A DNA stretch of 64,000 bases from Candidatus Latescibacterota bacterium (GTDB lineage: Bacteria > Latescibacterota > UBA2968 > UBA8231): positions 32,001 through 96,000 of the forward strand of contig CBDCDC010000002.1 in the NCBI GenBank assembly GCA_965215195.1, written 5' to 3'. This document shows positions 61,322 through 64,000 of this stretch, one piece after another (the stretch's first letter is position 1; every line of letters begins with the position of its first letter). The notes beneath the pieces were generated by a model. That model had not been told where the DNA came from. It saw only the letters and a list, made by a program, of their open reading frames with translations, and did no database searches. The position numbers and the translations under genes were made by a program.

Positions 61322-62236
61322 CTACAAGAATGAAAACCGAACCGGCGCGTTATTCGGCATGACGATTTCTACGAGACGCCACATAGCCTTCTCCGGGCTC
61401 CAGACGAGTCGTACGAAAAACGGGTAGCGCATTGGCCCCTTTTCAAAATCGGCGACCTCTTCCGGCTCTTCGAAGATGAACATGAGTTGGGCCGCCACCC
61501 ACTTTTCGCCGGCCTGTAGAGCTTCCTCTAGCTCGTTTCCCATGGGAGACAAACTCATATAGCCCATGGGGAGCAGGCCATGGGTCTTGATGTAAGCCCA
61601 ATAGTGCTCATACTCTCCTTGCAGCTCGAATACGCGATACGCGCTGTCGAAAAAGGAGATGTTGCCGAAGAAGTAATCGCATCCCTTCGCGTCGAGGTTT
61701 TTTCTGTGCTGGGTTTTTAAGATGGCAAGGGGCGTATCGCCCGCATCGGGGACCGGCTCGGGAATGGGGATACTCATCGCGAGCCCCGCCGCCTTTATCT
61801 GTTCCTGCAACTTTTTTATTTCGGCGATTTCTGCGGCACTAGGACCGCTTTCCAATCGCTCTTTTATCTGCTGTATCTCGTCTGGGTCATCGACGCCTTC
61901 GCGCAAGTAAAAAGTAGCGGCGAGGCTATCGCTGCCGGAAGCGGAAAAGGCGACGAGAAAGTCGTAGAGCCAGTCGCGCAAGTCGGCTTCTTGCTGGGGG
62001 GTGATGGAAATGTCCGCCTTGACGGGGATAGCCTCGACGGCCTGCTGCAATTCGTCGCCGGCCTTGACCAGGACCATGTCCAAACTGTGGATGTAGTCGA
62101 GATAGGCTTGGTGGCCGTCGGCATCAGGCGAAAAGCCGCCGTACTGAGGCTGGGGATCGGCCGCGGTCGTGCTGGCGACAGCCAGCCAAGCGGCGACTAG
62201 GGCAAAAGACAGGGTGTTAATGGCTAAAGGTTTCAT
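61322..62236 (-). CDS. Unrecognised secreted family, paralog H7
   Basis: Start at MKPLAI after AAGGAG; larger central insertion. Confidence 0.85.
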   Translation of the reverse strand: MKPLAINTLSFALVAAWLAVASTTAADPQPQYGGFSPDADGHQAYLDYIHSLDMVLVKAGDELQQAVEAIPVKADISITPQQEADLRDWLYDFLVAFSASGSDSLAATFYLREGVDDPDEIQQIKERLESGPSAAEIAEIKKLQEQIKAAGLAMSIPIPEPVPDAGDTPLAILKTQHRKNLDAKGCDYFFGNISFFDSAYRVFELQGEYEHYWAYIKTHGLLPMGYMSLSPMGNELEEALQAGEKWVAAQLMFIFEEPEEVADFEKGPMRYPFFVRLVWSPEKAMWRLVEIVMPNNAPVRFSFL

Positions 62237-62375
62237 GGTGTTCTCCTTGTTCTTGGGTTTGTCGTTGTCGCGATGGCGAGTAATTGGCTGGTACTTGTCC
62301 GTGTGCTGGCTTGCCTTGGGGTAGTGGCGAGTTACCTCCTTTCTGTTGTGGGTTGCTGCTTCTGTAGGCATTATC

Positions 62376-62391
62376 GCAATTATCGTGCCAA
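62376..62391 (-). promoter_or_regulatory. sigma54 promoter, unit 5 (UAS at 62535-62596)
   Basis: TTGGCACGATAATTGC. Confidence 0.88.
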
Positions 62392-62790
62392 TGAATGGCC
62401 AGCGGGCGATAATCGCGCCGATTGCTTTGATTTTATACATCCTAACTGACTTTTATACAATACTTTATAAAAAATGAACTAATTTCCTCGTCCATCTCTC
62501 AGGCTTTTTGCGACGCTCGCTTGATACGCTAAAAGTGCGCGGATATATCGCACAAGTGCGTCGAATCATCGCTTTTAGTGCGCCTAAACATCGCACGGAC
62601 ATACCAGTCATTTGCGGCGCAAGTCCTGCTCCGTTGAACGGAGCCGCTGATATTTTTTAAGCAGCGTCTGACGATGCAGTTGATGCGGAACGAGCGGCAG
62701 ATGCGATCGGGTCGGGCTAACGGGTAAGTCGGCGGATAGTGCGGGGGGATGGCAGGAGGGGATTTCGGTCTCTGGGACGGTCAGTTGCGG

Positions 62791-62823
62791 CGGGGCGTCG
62801 CCTGCTAAACAGACGACGCCCCG
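62791..62823 (-). terminator. Stem-loop right after the GT2 stop codon
   Basis: CGGGGCGTCG...CGACGCCCCG. Confidence 0.6.
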
Positions 62824-62827
62824 ATTT

Positions 62828-63883
62828 TCAGGCTGCCCGAGCGGGATGCCGCAGCAGCAGGGCTTCGATCTCGGCTAGCTCGTCGGGCTGGACTTCGCTG
62901 TACCGCTCGTGAAGGTGCAATAGGTCGCGCAAGACCAATTCGGCGGGAATGAGCAGATCGGGCCAGATGCCCGCCCGCCACAGCTCAATTAACCGCAGCT
63001 TGGGGTCGCGGTTTTCCCGCACCATGTAGTCAATGGCTTGGTCCCGGGTGCGCTGTTCGGCGGCGAGTTTGCTCGGGTCGGAAAACTCGTGATAGTGGTA
63101 CAAGTGATACGTCAGGGCGCGGCGGGCAAAGCCCGGGCCGACGCCGGCGCGCTGCAAGCGATAGGCCAAATCCCATCCCTCGGAAAACGGAATGTCCGCC
63201 GCAAAACCGCCCACCTCGCAGAAGGCTTGGCGCGGCACCGCGCTGTTGTGCGGATAAAAGCCGAGAAAGCCCACCGGCGAATCGGGGTGCGCCGCGTACA
63301 GCTCCGCGGCTTGATCCTGCATGGCCTTCAGCTCGTCAAAGGGATAGCCGCCCTCTTGGGCGCGGGCGTGGATGCCGGCAAAGTCGTGGCGAATCTGGTC
63401 TTGGGTAATCAGCACCCGCTCTCGATTGATCAGCAGGAAATCGGCTAAGACGCTCGGGGTGCGCTCTTGGTCAAACACGGCCTGCTGCGGGTCGGGCAGA
63501 TACTCGATGAGGGGCAGGCTATACATGAAGCCGCACAAATAGCGCTGGCACGCCCCGCGCTCCCACTCTGCCCACAGGTGCTCCAACCAATCGGGATGCG
63601 GCAGGGCGTCGCCGTCGAGAAAGGCCACCAACGCGCCCCGCGCCTGTTCGACGCCGGCGTTGCGCGCCCGGCAGCGCCCCACATTGGGCCGCATTCGCAC
63701 CACATGTACCGCTGGATATTCAGCGGCCAGCATGGCGTCCGTGCCATCGGTGCAGCCATCGTCAACGACGATGACCTCAAAACGCTCCTTGGGAAAATGC
63801 TGGCAAGCTAGGCCGCACAACACCAAGCGCAGACGCGCCCGCTGGTTGTGGGTGGCAATGACGACGGAAATATCGGGGTTCAT
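62828..63883 (-). CDS. Family 2 glycosyltransferase
   Basis: SVVIATHN, VIVVDDGCTDGT, ARNAG, FLDGD, EGWDLAYRL. Confidence 0.92.
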   Translation of the reverse strand: MNPDISVVIATHNQRARLRLVLCGLACQHFPKERFEVIVVDDGCTDGTDAMLAAEYPAVHVVRMRPNVGRCRARNAGVEQARGALVAFLDGDALPHPDWLEHLWAEWERGACQRYLCGFMYSLPLIEYLPDPQQAVFDQERTPSVLADFLLINRERVLITQDQIRHDFAGIHARAQEGGYPFDELKAMQDQAAELYAAHPDSPVGFLGFYPHNSAVPRQAFCEVGGFAADIPFSEGWDLAYRLQRAGVGPGFARRALTYHLYHYHEFSDPSKLAAEQRTRDQAIDYMVRENRDPKLRLIELWRAGIWPDLLIPAELVLRDLLHLHERYSEVQPDELAEIEALLLRHPARAA

Positions 63884-64000
63884 GGGGTTGTCCTCCGAGG
63901 TATGCCCCCCACCGCCGCCGTTGGCGGCGACTCCCCCCCGAGGGGGGAGGGATGGTTGCCCAAAGTGGAAACCATCTCGGGCGACTCAGCTCTTGGGGGG

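Noticed and set aside
55577-62440. Extended ORF-track starts at 57142, 61124 and 62440
   Set aside because: Paralog alignment and RBS position place the starts at 57028, 61064 and 62236. The 62440 extension runs through the sigma54 promoter.
38788-62596. Diversity-generating retroelement as the source of the hypervariable patches
   Set aside because: No reverse transcriptase or template repeat in the window. Differences include indels and are not visibly adenine-restricted.
40410-62596. CRISPR array or integron cassette array from the recurring hairpins and repeats
   Set aside because: Repeats are kb apart within duplicated gene units. No regular spacers, cas genes, integrase or attC-type GTT/AAC ends are evident.

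Overview
GC-rich bacterial window. The PhyH dioxygenase, sulfatase and sialidase content and a C-terminal 'xWGxLK' secreted-protein motif suggest a Latescibacterota/Poribacteria-like organism (inference only). Bases 1-38.7 kb hold catabolic and housekeeping genes (ilvD, PhyH x3, sulfatase, enolase, MlrC, YceI/DUF5777, a GntR-ABC operon, an OmpR-type two-component system). Mixed in are a nested IS982/IS630 insertion in a TlpA-type gene, a 152-bp MITE family, toxin-antitoxin and defence remnants, and many deletion-eroded pseudogenes. Bases 38.8-63.9 kb are the striking part: five tandem, diverged minus-strand units, each headed by a sigma54 promoter and a triple palindromic enhancer. Together they encode small secreted 6-Cys peptides with a constant leader and variable core, seven paralogs of an unrecognised ~280-aa secreted protein, and two types of ABC-2-like permease with hypervariable extracytoplasmic patches. 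A DUF1573 protein, a TPR protein and a GT2 glycosyltransferase are also associated. I do not recognise this as a described system; it looks like an expanding and diversifying peptide export/sensing/immunity locus.
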